From Salpingoeca rosetta (Eukaryota; Protista; Choanoflagellata): a stretch of 64,000 nucleotides of DNA. Position numbers and translations under genes: made by a program. Positions 1 to 19,287 of the stretch are shown piece after piece. The notes beneath the pieces were generated by a model. That model ran no database searches, was not told the origin of the DNA, and saw nothing but the letters and a program-made list of their open reading frames with translations. Every line of letters begins with the position of its first letter. Positions within the stretch are counted from its first letter, which is position 1. The DNA lies in the NCBI GenBank assembly GCA_033442325.1, contig JAWQFM010000002.1, forward strand, positions 1,688,307 through 1,752,306, written 5' to 3'.

Positions 1-173
1 ACACAACTCACTCACTCTTTCACACACTCACTCACTCACTCACTCACACACACACTCACTCACTCACACACACACACACTCACTCACTCACTCACTCACA
101 CACACACACTCACTCACTCACTCACTCACACACACACACACGCACACACACAAACACACACACACACGCACAG

Positions 174-1195
174 TGTGCTCTCCTAGCCGTGCTGGCTTGA
201 TGACGGGTCGCGACCCCGTGCGCATGGGCATCTTCTCGCGTATTCTGCGTCCGTCGCTGCGCGTGTTCTTCCCGTGGAACACCTCCTCCATGCCCAGCAA
301 CGAGACCACCATTGCCGGCCTCCTGAAAACAGCAAACTACACCTCCCACTACGTGGGCAAGGTGTGGCTTTGAGCGTGGTAGCATGGTGCTGTCCGTCTG
401 TCTGTGGGAGTATGCACTTTCCTGATCACGCCACGCAACTCCACTCCACACTTACACGTGCACCACCACCACCACCACCTCCACCTTCCAAACACCACTC
501 CTGACTGTTTGCAGTGGCACCTCGGCCATGTTAACGCACTTCCTGTGCATCGTGGATTCGACGGCTTCTTTGGCATTCCCTACTCCCATGACAGTACGTT
601 GACAGCCACTCATCATCATCGCCACCACTATGCGTGCCGTGCCTTCACAACGCTCATAACATGCTGCTCATTAGGGAGCTCTCGCCTTTTGCCCCCCCCC
701 CCCTCCTTGCGGCCCACGTCATGTTCTTTCCCGCTCACTTGCGGAAGACGTCACGTGGCGACGCAACACGCTGGCTCGCTCAACACCCCCCCCCCATCGT
801 CATACATCGCTTCACCTCCCATTCCTCACCATTTTTTTCCCTTCACCATCCTTTCTCCCAAACCAACTTTGACCCGCGTGCCATTCGTTGTCCACCTCAC
901 CACCTCAGTGTGCAGCGAGGTGTATGGTGTTGAGGACCTCCCCATCGTCAACCGCGCCGTCCCGCCGCTGCCGCTCATGCGAAATGCGGACATTCTGGAG
1001 CAACCGGCGGATTTTTCCTCCGCCACCGACCGATTCACGGACGAGGCCGTCAAGTTCGTTCACGAGCACGCGGACCAGCCGTTCTTCCTTGTTGTCAGCT
1101 ACTACCAGCCACACATCCCACATGTCACCCCGCTGCGCTACAAGTTTCACTCCCTTCGTGGCCCTTTTGGTGACAGCGTGCAGGAAATGGACGTC

Positions 1196-1245
<50 letters not shown>

Positions 1246-1258
1246 CTGTCTGTCTGGC

Positions 1259-1299
<41 letters not shown>

Positions 1300-2962
1300 G
1301 CCGATGGATGAGTTTCAATCGTTCTGCATTTCTGTACCCTGGCAGGCTGTGTTACGCCTGAGATTGCTGCTGTAATCTGTGCACAACCTGGCGCTTTCTC
1401 ACAGAGCCGCGCTGCTTCGGTGGTGCTCGCTTGTGCGCTTGCATGTGCAGCATTGGCCAGGTGATGCAAGCCATCAAGGACGCCGGCATCGACGACAACA
1501 CGCTCGTCATGGTCACCAGGTGCGGGGCGATCAAATGCAACCAACGTCACCCTTGTTCCTGCGCAGGATGCTCAACGCACTTGCCGTGACTTGTCCTGAT
1601 GGTCACTCACAATAATATCCTTTACTCGCTCACACACACACACATACACACACACTCACTCACAATGACACAATCACACACTCACTCACATACACACACA
1701 CTCACTCACTCACAATGACACAATCACAATCACAATCACAATCACAATCACAGTGACAACGGCCCGTGGGTTGACTCTGGCATTGACGGTGGATCGCCGG
1801 GCCCCATGCGCGGGGCAAAAGGGACGACGTGGGAGGGCGGCACACGCGTCGTGTCTGCATTCCGCTGGCCAGGCGTCATCGAGCCGTTAACAACAGAGAT
1901 GACCCCTGTCAGCATGATGGACCTTTTCAGCACGTTTGGTCACATTGCTGGCCTGAACGTCACGTCAACACCGGATTTCGCCACAGACTCGCACTCCTTT
2001 GCGCACTTGCTCAACAGCTCCTACGCGCCAAGTGCAAAGTCGCGCCCGGCCATTTACTACTTTTATCACGACGTTCTCATGGCCATTCGGTGCGTGTCTG
2101 CCCAAGTGCATACATGATACAGATGTGTGTGTTTGTGTGTGTATGTGTGTGCGCTGTGTGTGTATGTGTGTGTGTGCGCGCGCGCTGTGTGTGTATGTGT
2201 ATGTGTGTGCGCTGTGTGTGTGTGTGTGCGCGCGCGCGCTGTGTGTGTGTGTGTTTGTTGCCTGCCCTCGCTGCTGCTTTGGTGCCTTCCAAATCTGCGC
2301 CCCTCTCACCTTCTCTCACCCCGCCTCTCACCCCGCCTTTCACCCCTTCTCTCGCACCGCCTCTCGCACCCCTGTCCCTCTGCGTGCGCGTGCACACTTT
2401 CAGCATGGGGCCTTTCAAGCTGCACAAGTACACGCGATGCGCGTACTGCTACGAGGAGCCTGTGCCACAAGACCCACCCCTACTCTTCAACATCGACCAC
2501 GACCCTGGCGAGCAGCACCCGTTGTCTGTCGAAGACCACCTGCTCATCGTTGATGCGTTGGAAGCAGAGTACGACCGGTACCTCAGCACCATCTCGCCGC
2601 GCCAGCCGCTGTTTGACCAGTTCAAGTTGGACGCTGCCCCATGCTGCTCGCCACAGCCATACCTGCAGCCGTGCAACTGCACGCACGCGAACATGACCGT
2701 TGGCGAGGCTGCACAGAGCGTCTCGCCCAACAGGCAGTCGACCTCCCCGGCATCGGCCAAGATCAGGAAGGCCGCAAAGGCGCTGTATACCATGCTGGAG
2801 AAGAAGCATCCAGACCTCCTCACAGACAAACTGACGAGCGAGGAGGTGTCTGCTGCGTTTGAATCTCTGATTGGCAGTCCAATGGAGCCTGTGATGCAGT
2901 GCATGCTGGGCGGGGAGCCATCTTTGGAAGGCTACGAAGAGGATGAGGCGCTCTTTGCCTGA
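174..2962 (+). CDS. Arylsulfatase (type I, formylglycine-dependent; ARSA/GALNS-like), 5' exons lie upstream of the window
   Basis: Exons approx. 174-361, 515-593, 909-1197, 1451-1519, 1754-2089 and 2404-2962 join in frame at GT..AG boundaries. Motifs: CSPSRAGLMTGR (CxPxR), GKWHLG, HRGFDGFFGIPYSHD, SDNGP, GAKGTTWEGG, LFNIDHDPGE. Confidence 0.93.
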
Positions 2963-3456
2963 GATCATGAGAAGCACTGAACATAGTATGCATCGTACTC
3001 GCGACTGCCACTCACCGTCGCAGTGCCATCACGTCATGTGTTACAGCTATTGCTCCCTGCTCACGTGCGCTTCGTGTATGAGTTAATGTGAGGCTTGCTT
3101 TCCTTCCGGTACATTTTGTTTTCTTTGCTTCGGTTCGTTACCCTTGGCGTTCTTGTTCTTGTGCCGTTTGGGTGTCACAGGTCGTTCGTGTGTGCTGCGC
3201 TCTGCTCTGCTGCGCTCTGCTCTGTTGTGGTTTTGTCTTTGGTTTTCGGTCATCTATGCCCCTCGCTTAAACGGTGGTACATCTGTTATTACTTTTCGTG
3301 CAAACACCCAGTGCGGCACACAAAAGAAATAAGGAAATAAACACGCGACCAATCACTGTGCATGCGTAGAACCGAAGCAACAATCAAAGACATTCGGCAA
3401 GAACACGAACCACACATTCAACACATCCTCATCATGCATTGCTGCCGCAGGGCGTT

Positions 3457-10598
<7,142 letters not shown>

Positions 10599-11327
10599 GA
10601 CGACTGCGACCGACACTGGCTGTGTTGGGTGCCGTTGTTGGCTTGCTTGCTTGGTCTGCTTCGCTTGTCTTTGTCCTTCCTCTACGCTCTTTTCACCTGT
10701 CGTGTGTCGTCATAGTCAAATAACCAGATAAACACGTTTAAAGAGACGTGGAAATTTATTGGAAGACTTCGACATAAATGCTTGCAGGCACCGCCCCCTT
10801 TGCCAAAACACACGAAGCAAGAAGGAAGCGCCGCTTCACTGGCACGCCATTTCCCTGCAGCCAAGACCGACAGTCGGATATCGATCGACCAAAACGCCCT
10901 GTCGTCTCTTCATCGCGTGAGTGAATGAGAGTGTGAAAGTGTGGGTGGGAGAGAGGGGCCTCTGCCTGCCTCTCTCTTCCTACTCTTGTGCCTTAATTGA
11001 CTGCCTTCCTCCCTTGTTTCTTACTTGCTTGTTTGCATGTTTGTGTAGTTTGCTCTGCAACTCTCTCAAAATGCTTGTTCCTCAAGCGGTTTGGTTGACA
11101 AACATGTGGCACACACTCACTCACTCACTTGCACACTCACTCACTCACCCACACACTCACGCTCACTTGCATGCTGACACACTCACACACTCTCACTCTC
11201 TCACACACACACTCACACTCGCTTGCACACTCACTCGCTTGCACACACTCACACTCACGTGCACACACACACACACACACTCGTAATGTGCAGAACTTCA
11301 TCAACACCACCACCACCAACCACCACC

Positions 11328-12311
11328 ATGACGAGGTTGTCGTGTGTGCTTGCCATCGTTGCGGCAGTAGCCGTCCTTGCGCCCTCCGTCGCCCTGGCGC
11401 AGAACCAGTACACGTGCTCCAACACCCTGGTGTCCGTGGGTGAACTCAGCTCCTGCGGCAACTTCGCCTACCACCCCTCAGAGCATGTTTGCTGCAACGG
11501 CGTGCTGAACGAGCGCACGGGCGGAAACAACCAATGCTGCGGTACCGAGTGGGGCCTTGTCAGCCGCTGCTGCAACGGCGTGCTCACTGACCCAACAAAC
11601 GGGACCGCCTGCTGCAACGGCAACATCTACAACCCAGACTTCTTCGTGTGCTGTGAGGACGGCAGCGTGCTCCCCACCACCTTCTCCAGCTTCACCTTCC
11701 CGGCCTGCTGCTATGATGCCTCCAGCAAAACGACGTCCCTGTACGACGCTGCCACGTCCACCTGCTGCGGTGGCACCGTGCGCGATCAAGTTTCCGCCCC
11801 TGACCAGGCCATCTGCTGCATTGACGGGCAGTACGAGGAGTTCAATGCGCTGGTGGAGAACCGCGCCTGTTGTGAGACGCGCAGCCGCTCCGAAATCTTC
11901 GACGCCAACACGCACCGCTGTTGTGAAGACGGCCCCGTTGTCCTCCCAGACACCATCAACACCTACCAGTGCTGCGGGGCTGAGCTCTACGACGTGGACG
12001 AGCAGGACTGCTGCGACGGCGTCTTGTACGACAAGCAGGACGACTACATGTGCTGCGGAACGCAATACAGCGACGTCTCCGCCCTGGACTTCCCCACCTG
12101 CTGTGGCTCCACTTTGTATGACGCCGGTGTCGGTGCCCTTCGCTGCTGCGCCGAGGGCGTCTACAACTTGAACGACGACACCTGTGTCCAGCAAGAGTGC
12201 CGTCGCTGCGGCGAGCGCGAGTTCTGTGCCGCCTCCACTTCCTCCGCCACTGGCCCACTGGCCACCGTTCTTGCTGTGGCAGCTGCCCTCATCCTGGCCC
12301 TCACCGTCTAA
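11328..12311 (+). CDS. Intronless secreted or GPI-anchored cysteine-rich protein with galaxin-like di-cysteine repeats (327 aa)
   Basis: Signal peptide MTRLSCVLAIVAAVAVLAPSVALA, 15 CC pairs in CCxG/Y-type repeats, and a C-terminal small-residue spacer followed by a hydrophobic tail. Codons are strongly C/G-ending. Confidence 0.8.
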   Translation: MTRLSCVLAIVAAVAVLAPSVALAQNQYTCSNTLVSVGELSSCGNFAYHPSEHVCCNGVLNERTGGNNQCCGTEWGLVSRCCNGVLTDPTNGTACCNGNIYNPDFFVCCEDGSVLPTTFSSFTFPACCYDASSKTTSLYDAATSTCCGGTVRDQVSAPDQAICCIDGQYEEFNALVENRACCETRSRSEIFDANTHRCCEDGPVVLPDTINTYQCCGAELYDVDEQDCCDGVLYDKQDDYMCCGTQYSDVSALDFPTCCGSTLYDAGVGALRCCAEGVYNLNDDTCVQQECRRCGEREFCAASTSSATGPLATVLAVAAALILALTV

Positions 12312-12366
12312 CACAACCACCACCACCAACAACAACAACAGCAACAACCACAACAACGACATCATC

Positions 12367-12446
<80 letters not shown>

Positions 12447-12475
12447 CCACCACCAACAAACAACAACAACAACAA
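12312..12475 (+). repeat. (CAA)n-rich tract directly after the stop codon of the galaxin-like gene (3' UTR)
   Basis: Direct inspection. Confidence 0.9.
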
Positions 12476-13062
12476 TGCCCACAATTTGCATTCGTTCCCT
12501 CCCCCCCCCCCCTTACACTCAATTTGTTTGTTGTGTCGTGCTGTTTCTCCCGTTAATGTGTCGTGTTCACAAACGCCGGTTTTGTTTTTTTCGTTACACT
12601 CCTCCGCGTTTGCTTGCGCTGCAAGTCCTTATTTGGCCTGCCCAGGTTCCTTCAGTCGCATGTCCCCCCCCCCCTCCAGTTCTCACACATTGGCGGCGTT
12701 CAACCCAACCACCAGCCCCCTCTCCTTCCCGCTATCCTCCAGCGCTGTTGCCCCTTTCTCGTTCAGTGTTCTTCCCAATACAACTGCTGGTGTAAGAGTG
12801 TGCTGTTGTCAGCATGGCCACCCACATGGAAGCGAGCATGCATGCACGGTGTTGGACTGTATGCTTCACGCTCGTGAAAGTTATGAAGGAAGCGGGCTCT
12901 TGAAGTGCACACACACGCACACAGAACCAGAGAGAGCGAGAGACAGAGAGAGACAGAGAGACAGACAGAGACAGAGAGACAGAGAGAGACAGACAGAGAG
13001 ACAGAGACAGAGACAGAGACAGAGACAGAGACAGAGACAGAGAGCAACGCTCAAAGCCGCCA

Positions 13063-13839
13063 TCACGCTGCGGGAGTGGATGAAGTGGGCGTTGGCGCCT
13101 TATCGCCGCCCTCACAATCACCACTGCCACTTGTGACTGGCTGGTGCTTGAGAGTGCCAAGCAGCTGCTTCTTAAACAGGGCCGCCCACGTTTCAAAGCC
13201 CGTGGGCAAGTGCTCCGATGCATGCATGCAATCTGCAGCCAGATACGGCGGCTGCACTCGCACCACCACTTGCAGCACAGGCGACGACGCATCATGCTCC
13301 ATGGGCATGGTGGCGCTGCCAGTATTGCTGATGTTGCCATCACCCGTAGCCGCCTCAGACTGTTGCTGCTGAAGTTGCTGTTGTCTTCGTCGACGGCGGC
13401 GATTGACCCATGTCACCTCTGCTGCCTCCAGGATGACAGAGGTGCCTGCCATGTCGGGGATGGCATCGAAAGCGCCTCGAACACCGCTGTCAACACCCTC
13501 GCCGTCAGCTGGGTCGCGGACAGTGAAGGAAAGCTCCTCACAAAACTGCTGCACGCCGGCCATGATCTTGTCCATGTACATGCAGTGTGTATGGAAACTG
13601 AAGCGCTTGCCGCTCTTCCGCAGCCATTCATCAAACAGCCAGCACACCCCGGCCACAGCGACCCTGGTACACAGCACAGTAGCGACAACGGCGTGGGTGG
13701 ATGGTGGGTGGAGAAGAGATGAGCGCAGCGAACAAAAGAAATCCACGAATCACAACACGCATACACAAACGCAAGTGCGCACGCACGAAAGCACACGCAC
13801 GCAATAAAACAGCTGAACACACGCCCGTGTACATAACTG

Positions 13840-13877
<38 letters not shown>

Positions 13878-16800
13878 GCTGTGTCGTGCGGTGACATTAC
13901 GAGCGACATTGTGTGTGCGATCAAATGGATCCACAAAGACAAGGCCAGCAGCGCCACCAATCGCAGAATCGTGCTGCAAAAAGGCCTCCCTCGACACACT
14001 CGACTGCACAGCACCAGGCGGGCGAATGTCCATCACAATGTCCGGGTGCACAGCCATCCCTGCAAAGAAACCACACACACACACATACACACACACACAC
14101 ACAATGTATCGTTTCGAGCGCGTACGCATGCGTGTGTACATGTGTGGCCGTCCATGTGAATGGCAATGCAAGGTGGAGGGCACAATACACGTGTCGACAC
14201 GCAAACCGGATGGGCGCAGAAGAAGCCATACAACACACGCACACACACGCACACACAACACACACACGCACCCACGCACACAAAACGCACACACAAGCTC
14301 CCAAAACACACACGCACGCACGCACGCCGCAAATCAAATCTTGACACTGCCTGCACTCACATGCGGCAACAAAGTCAAAAAAGTCGAGAAAGACGTGTCC
14401 AAGAAGCGCCAGATCCGCGGCAATGTCGAGCCCATAATGCGACGGCTGCTGATGCGGACAGAACATGCAGTCGTGCTCATGGATCGTCACAAACGCCTCT
14501 GAGTCTAGCAGAGACACGAGATGCAGCAACAGGTGCAGGAGTAGCGTGAGACAGGCAATGGGCAAGTGCGTGGCTGTGCGTGCGTGTGTTTACGTAAGTT
14601 TGTGTGTGTGTGTGTATGTGTGTGTGGATGTGGGTGTGCATTCACGCATATGAAGGCGCCAGCACAAGAAAAAACAAGGCAACGTGCCATGCCAAACAAC
14701 AAGGAAGCAGTGTAGCGTGTACCTCCTAGCTGCGCCTTGGTGCGCTTGTGGGACTGGGAGCCATCGTCATCGCCCATACGAAGCGACCATTCAAGTGCGC
14801 ACTGCTCGCATGCGGGTGCACAGCCCTCCTGGACGTTGATGCTGTCTGCCGCAATCTGCTGCAGACTCGGCACCTCGTGCTTCATCTTCACGCAAGACAA
14901 AAATGTGTGTGGGGCGGAGAGAACGATGCTTTGGTGTGAGATCACAGAGAAGGCAAAGACGAACGATTGAGGGAGAAGTGATAGAGGAGTCAAGCGCGCG
15001 CATTATGGTGGACTCAGCACCGACGATAACAAGCTCACCAAGCTGTGTCAGACAGACACACACACATACACACCTGCATGTATCGAATGGCGAGGAGCGT
15101 GACAAAGTAGCTTGACCAAGGGACGGCGAGCGCCTTGAACCAGATGCAGGCAGCGCGAACCAAGGTGCGAAATCCAGGCCACAACCGCATATAGTGGTCA
15201 ACGAGCTGCGTGTTGCGCTCCGCAAGCCTTCAGGTTTTTGGGACAGTCGCTGTTGTCAGTCATGGCAATGTGCACACCGAGCGGATTCCTGATTGCCATG
15301 CAAATGCGTGACTGCATACGCAAGTACATACACGCACGCACACACGCACGCACACACATGCACACGCGCGCGCGCGCAAACACACATGAATGCACCTGTT
15401 GTGCAAGGAGACTTCAATTGGCGTGCTTGTGGTGAGATGAACGGCCTTGATGATTGGGCAGCGCGCCTCAGGCAGGCACAGCACTCTACATTCACGTGTG
15501 TGCATAGAACGCCGAGAAAGCAAAGTCGGGCCAGCAGCAAAGCACCAAGGCAAGTGTCAGTGCTTCAAAAGGCACGCGCAGCAGGCGTGCCTACTCAAGA
15601 ACACACGCACACACACACACACACATGCACGCACGCACATGTGTGTGAACAAACATAGACACGAGAAAGCCACCTCACACACAAACATGTAAACACACAC
15701 ACACATACACATCCATACACATCCATACACATACACACACACAAGCTCGCGTGTACTCACTGGCCAAAGTGCTGGGCGGAACGAAGGGCCTGTGCAAGGG
15801 TGTGGAGGCCGTCGCGACCGGTCAGCCAGGGCGCACTGACACTGACGTCAACATCGCTTCCTTCACGGGCGAGCCCAGTGACCAGCGAGCCAACAGCCAC
15901 GACAAAGGGCCGCTCGCGGTCAACGGAGGGAACCCCATCAGGTGCGCATGCACGCACGACGGTGTCCAGCTCCTTCAGCACGCGCTCGTGCGTCGCCTGT
16001 ACGCTTGGCTTCTGCTTCAGGTGGCCCACCACCATCTGCACCTGCTGCCCAAACTTGCGTAGGTGCTCCTGCGAGCGCGGCGTGGCGGTGTCAGGTGGCA
16101 CGTACGCGATTGGCGGGAAGTCGTAGGGCACAGCAAGCAGCGTGCCGCGCACGGTTTGCTTCTCAATGGGGTCGGGCTTTGTCGGGGTGATCTTGGCTGG
16201 TCTTGCATGCGCCGCCGACGACGATGCTGCCGTCGCGGGTTTGGCGCGTGCACGCCGCTTGTCGTCACCGTTCCCCTTTGCGCCAGCCACGGGCTTGAGT
16301 TGCTGGCGATGGAAGAGAGGTTGAGTGCAGAGGGGAACGCGTGTGAAGTTGTGTAGCCACTGCATGCAGCAGTGTAGTCAACAAACACGTCAAACGTCCA
16401 ACCCACAAATGCAAACAGGCACACACACACGCACGCACGCACACACGCACACACGCACACACGCACACACACACACACGCTCACACAGGCACACACAGGC
16501 ACACACACCACTTTGCGTGGCAGGTACTTGAACTTGACACCGTCGTGGACAATGTGCTGGCCCTAGTGCGGTTATATCAAAGAGAAAACACGAGCAAAAT
16601 GTTGAGCATGGGCGAAAAGCGGGAAAGCAAGGCAACGCGTAGCGGTGCGCTGTTTGCTCACGGAAGCCACATGGGCAAGCGAGCACGTAAACGCTTACCT
16701 CGCTGAGGAGCTTGGTCACAGGATCAGCAGACGCAAACTCAATGATGGCAAATGCCCCCTGCACAAGTGCATACGCTCACACGGAGTGAGAATCGGATGG

Positions 16801-17010
16801 CCGTGTTCGTATTGACCGCGCCAGTGCCAGGGCCAGTGTCCATACCAGGCAACGCAAGCTTCAACCCGCAACCATAAACACCTGCACACGCACGCGTACC
16901 TTGTTTGGGTCAACGATGACACGTGAGATGGGCCCGTGCTGCTCAAAGGCGCTGCGAATGACTGTCTTATCGTTGCCAGCTACCAAAGTGTGTGTGTGTG
17001 TGTGTGTGTG

Positions 17011-17092
<82 letters not shown>

Positions 17093-17532
17093 CAGGGGGG
17101 GGGGGGGGCAAGCAAACAGGCTCCTGTATTCGAGACACACGCACGCACACGCATGCACACACGCACGCACGCACACGCACGCACACACTCACTCACTTTT
17201 CGCGTTCAGTGGCACGAAGAGGCTGCGCCTGGCTTCTTCCTCGCGGTGCTGGAAGATCTCCACCTGGCGCTTGTGTCGCTTGCCTTTTACATGTTCCGCA
17301 TACTGATCCTCTGATGTGCACACGCGCGTGTGAAAATGTGAGGACAGAGGTAAAGGAAGATAGAGGACTCACGACGCTTGACATTTCCACACTTCGACAC
17401 GCAAACACACACACACACAGCCACACACACACACAGCCACACACACACACACTCGCACACGCACGCACGCACACACACACTCGCACACAGACCAGAGGAG
17501 AGGGCGATGCCACACACTGCACACTTGTGCAT
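13063..17532 (-). CDS. TUT1: U6 snRNA terminal uridylyltransferase / Star-PAP ortholog, multi-exon
   Basis: Zinc finger MHKCAVC...[12 protein letters not shown] (RSLFV...[17 protein letters not shown]|GAFAIIEF) and NTase motif [19 protein letters not shown]-associated [14 protein letters not shown] and C-terminal [12 protein letters not shown] resemble human TUT1. Confidence 0.85.
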
Positions 17533-18127
17533 TGTTGCTTTGCTTCCTCTGTCTCTTCAAAGAAACGGTTTTTGAAAGCAAGCAAGAAGCAAGCAAACCC
17601 TTTTCCCGCGCGTGTTTTGTGTGTGATGTCTTGATGTTGTGTTCACACACCCTCCCCCCCCCCGTACACCCGAGTCGTGCGTCGCCTCGTGTGTATGACC
17701 ACATGCACAGGCAGATACAGAGACCAACAACTGGCCTCACAGAACAAGCTAAGAAAGTGATAAATAAATAGGCAAAGGAAGAAGGCCGCTGGAGGTATGG
17801 CACTTGCTTGAAGCAACAATAAGAGGACGAGTCGTCCAGTCAAGCAACAAGCTTCATGCCACAGGCGTTACTGTGTGCGCTCCCACACGCCTTCGCATCG
17901 CACACTTTCCAATCCACACCGTCAGAGAAATGTAACACAGCGGATATATGTACAGGGGAAGCTCGGCCGATGCAGAGAACGAGAGAGCAAGCGAAAGCGT
18001 GGGGCACGTGCGAAAATGCACACGTTTGCGCACAAACGCAAACATGCACGCGTACACACGTACAGACGCACGCACACAAGTGTACGCACACGTAAATGCA
18101 CACACAGAGGCGCGCGCGCACGTTCCA

Positions 18128-19223
18128 TCAACTGGAGCTGATGGAGACGTTCTTGTGTGACGACGCCATGGACGCGTGCCGGCTGATGCTTGCAATCCTG
18201 TCGCGGTCCTCGGGGCCAAGCTTCGTTTCCATCGTCCGCTCCACCAGCCCAACGTCGTACGCGCGAAGCGCAATGCCAGACGTGTGCTGCGACAAGTCCG
18301 CCTGCGTGCCGCCAGTGCTCTGGCTGAGGGCCGCTTGTTGAGATGCGCGCATGCACGATCGCGACACGCTGCCGCGGTGCACGCCGTGGCCACCGTGCTC
18401 ATCTTCGCTTGAGGACGGCCAATCGTCACTCGCACGCGGCACGGCACCAGGCAGCACCGTGGCATGCTGCCCCATGCCGCTTGTCACCAGCGCACCGCCC
18501 CTCCCTGGGGTGGGTGCTGTGGTTGGTTGTGATGCGGCGTTTGGAGGTGTCTGGCTGGTGACCGCTGCTTCTGCAAGTATGCTCGTCGCATCCGCTGCCC
18601 TGGAAGACGAGGAAGGGGAGCGGGGGTTGACGGCGGTTGTCGCGGACATTGCTGGTGCCACGAGAGAAGACGAACGACGATGGGTGGAGACCCTTCCTCT
18701 CCCCTTCAGACTCTTCTTTCGGTCATGGCGTGGCTTACTGTTCTCGTTACTGCTTGTGTGCGTGCCGCTGTCATTGCGGCTGTCATCCCCGCCTTCGCCC
18801 TCGCCTCTTCTGCGCGACGCAACAACACCTTCATCAGACCCGCTCGTGTTCCACTTCTCCACCTCATCATCCGCGTCGTGCTTCCGCCATTGCTGCCGCC
18901 CAAACCTCGCCCACCGGTGCCTTTTCTTCCCCAACACTGCCTTGTCATCGCCTGCCTGTGGCACGAACATCATCCCGTTCCCCCGCTCGTCATCACTGTC
19001 ACCTTCACCACCACCATCATCCTCGTCGTCGTCATCATCATACTTGTGTGTAGCAATGCCGTACACTTCATCCTCGTCGATGACCAGCGAATCAAAGTGG
19101 CTCCAGTCAGTAAAGCATGACCCATCAGCCAGTCGACAGCAGATTTGTTGAAACCTGAAGATGTGTGCATATGTTTGAGAAGGTGAACGTGTGCATGAGG
19201 CGTGCGTGTGCGTGAGTGTTGAC

Positions 19224-19287
<64 letters not shown>

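Noticed and set aside
1615-1623. U12-type donor-like ATATCCTTT
   Set aside because: It lies inside a normal GT-AG intron whose flanking exons already join in frame.
11478-12491. Long antisense ORFs over the galaxin-like, polyQ and OGFr-A genes
   Set aside because: They are shadows of GC-rich codon bias and triplet repeats.
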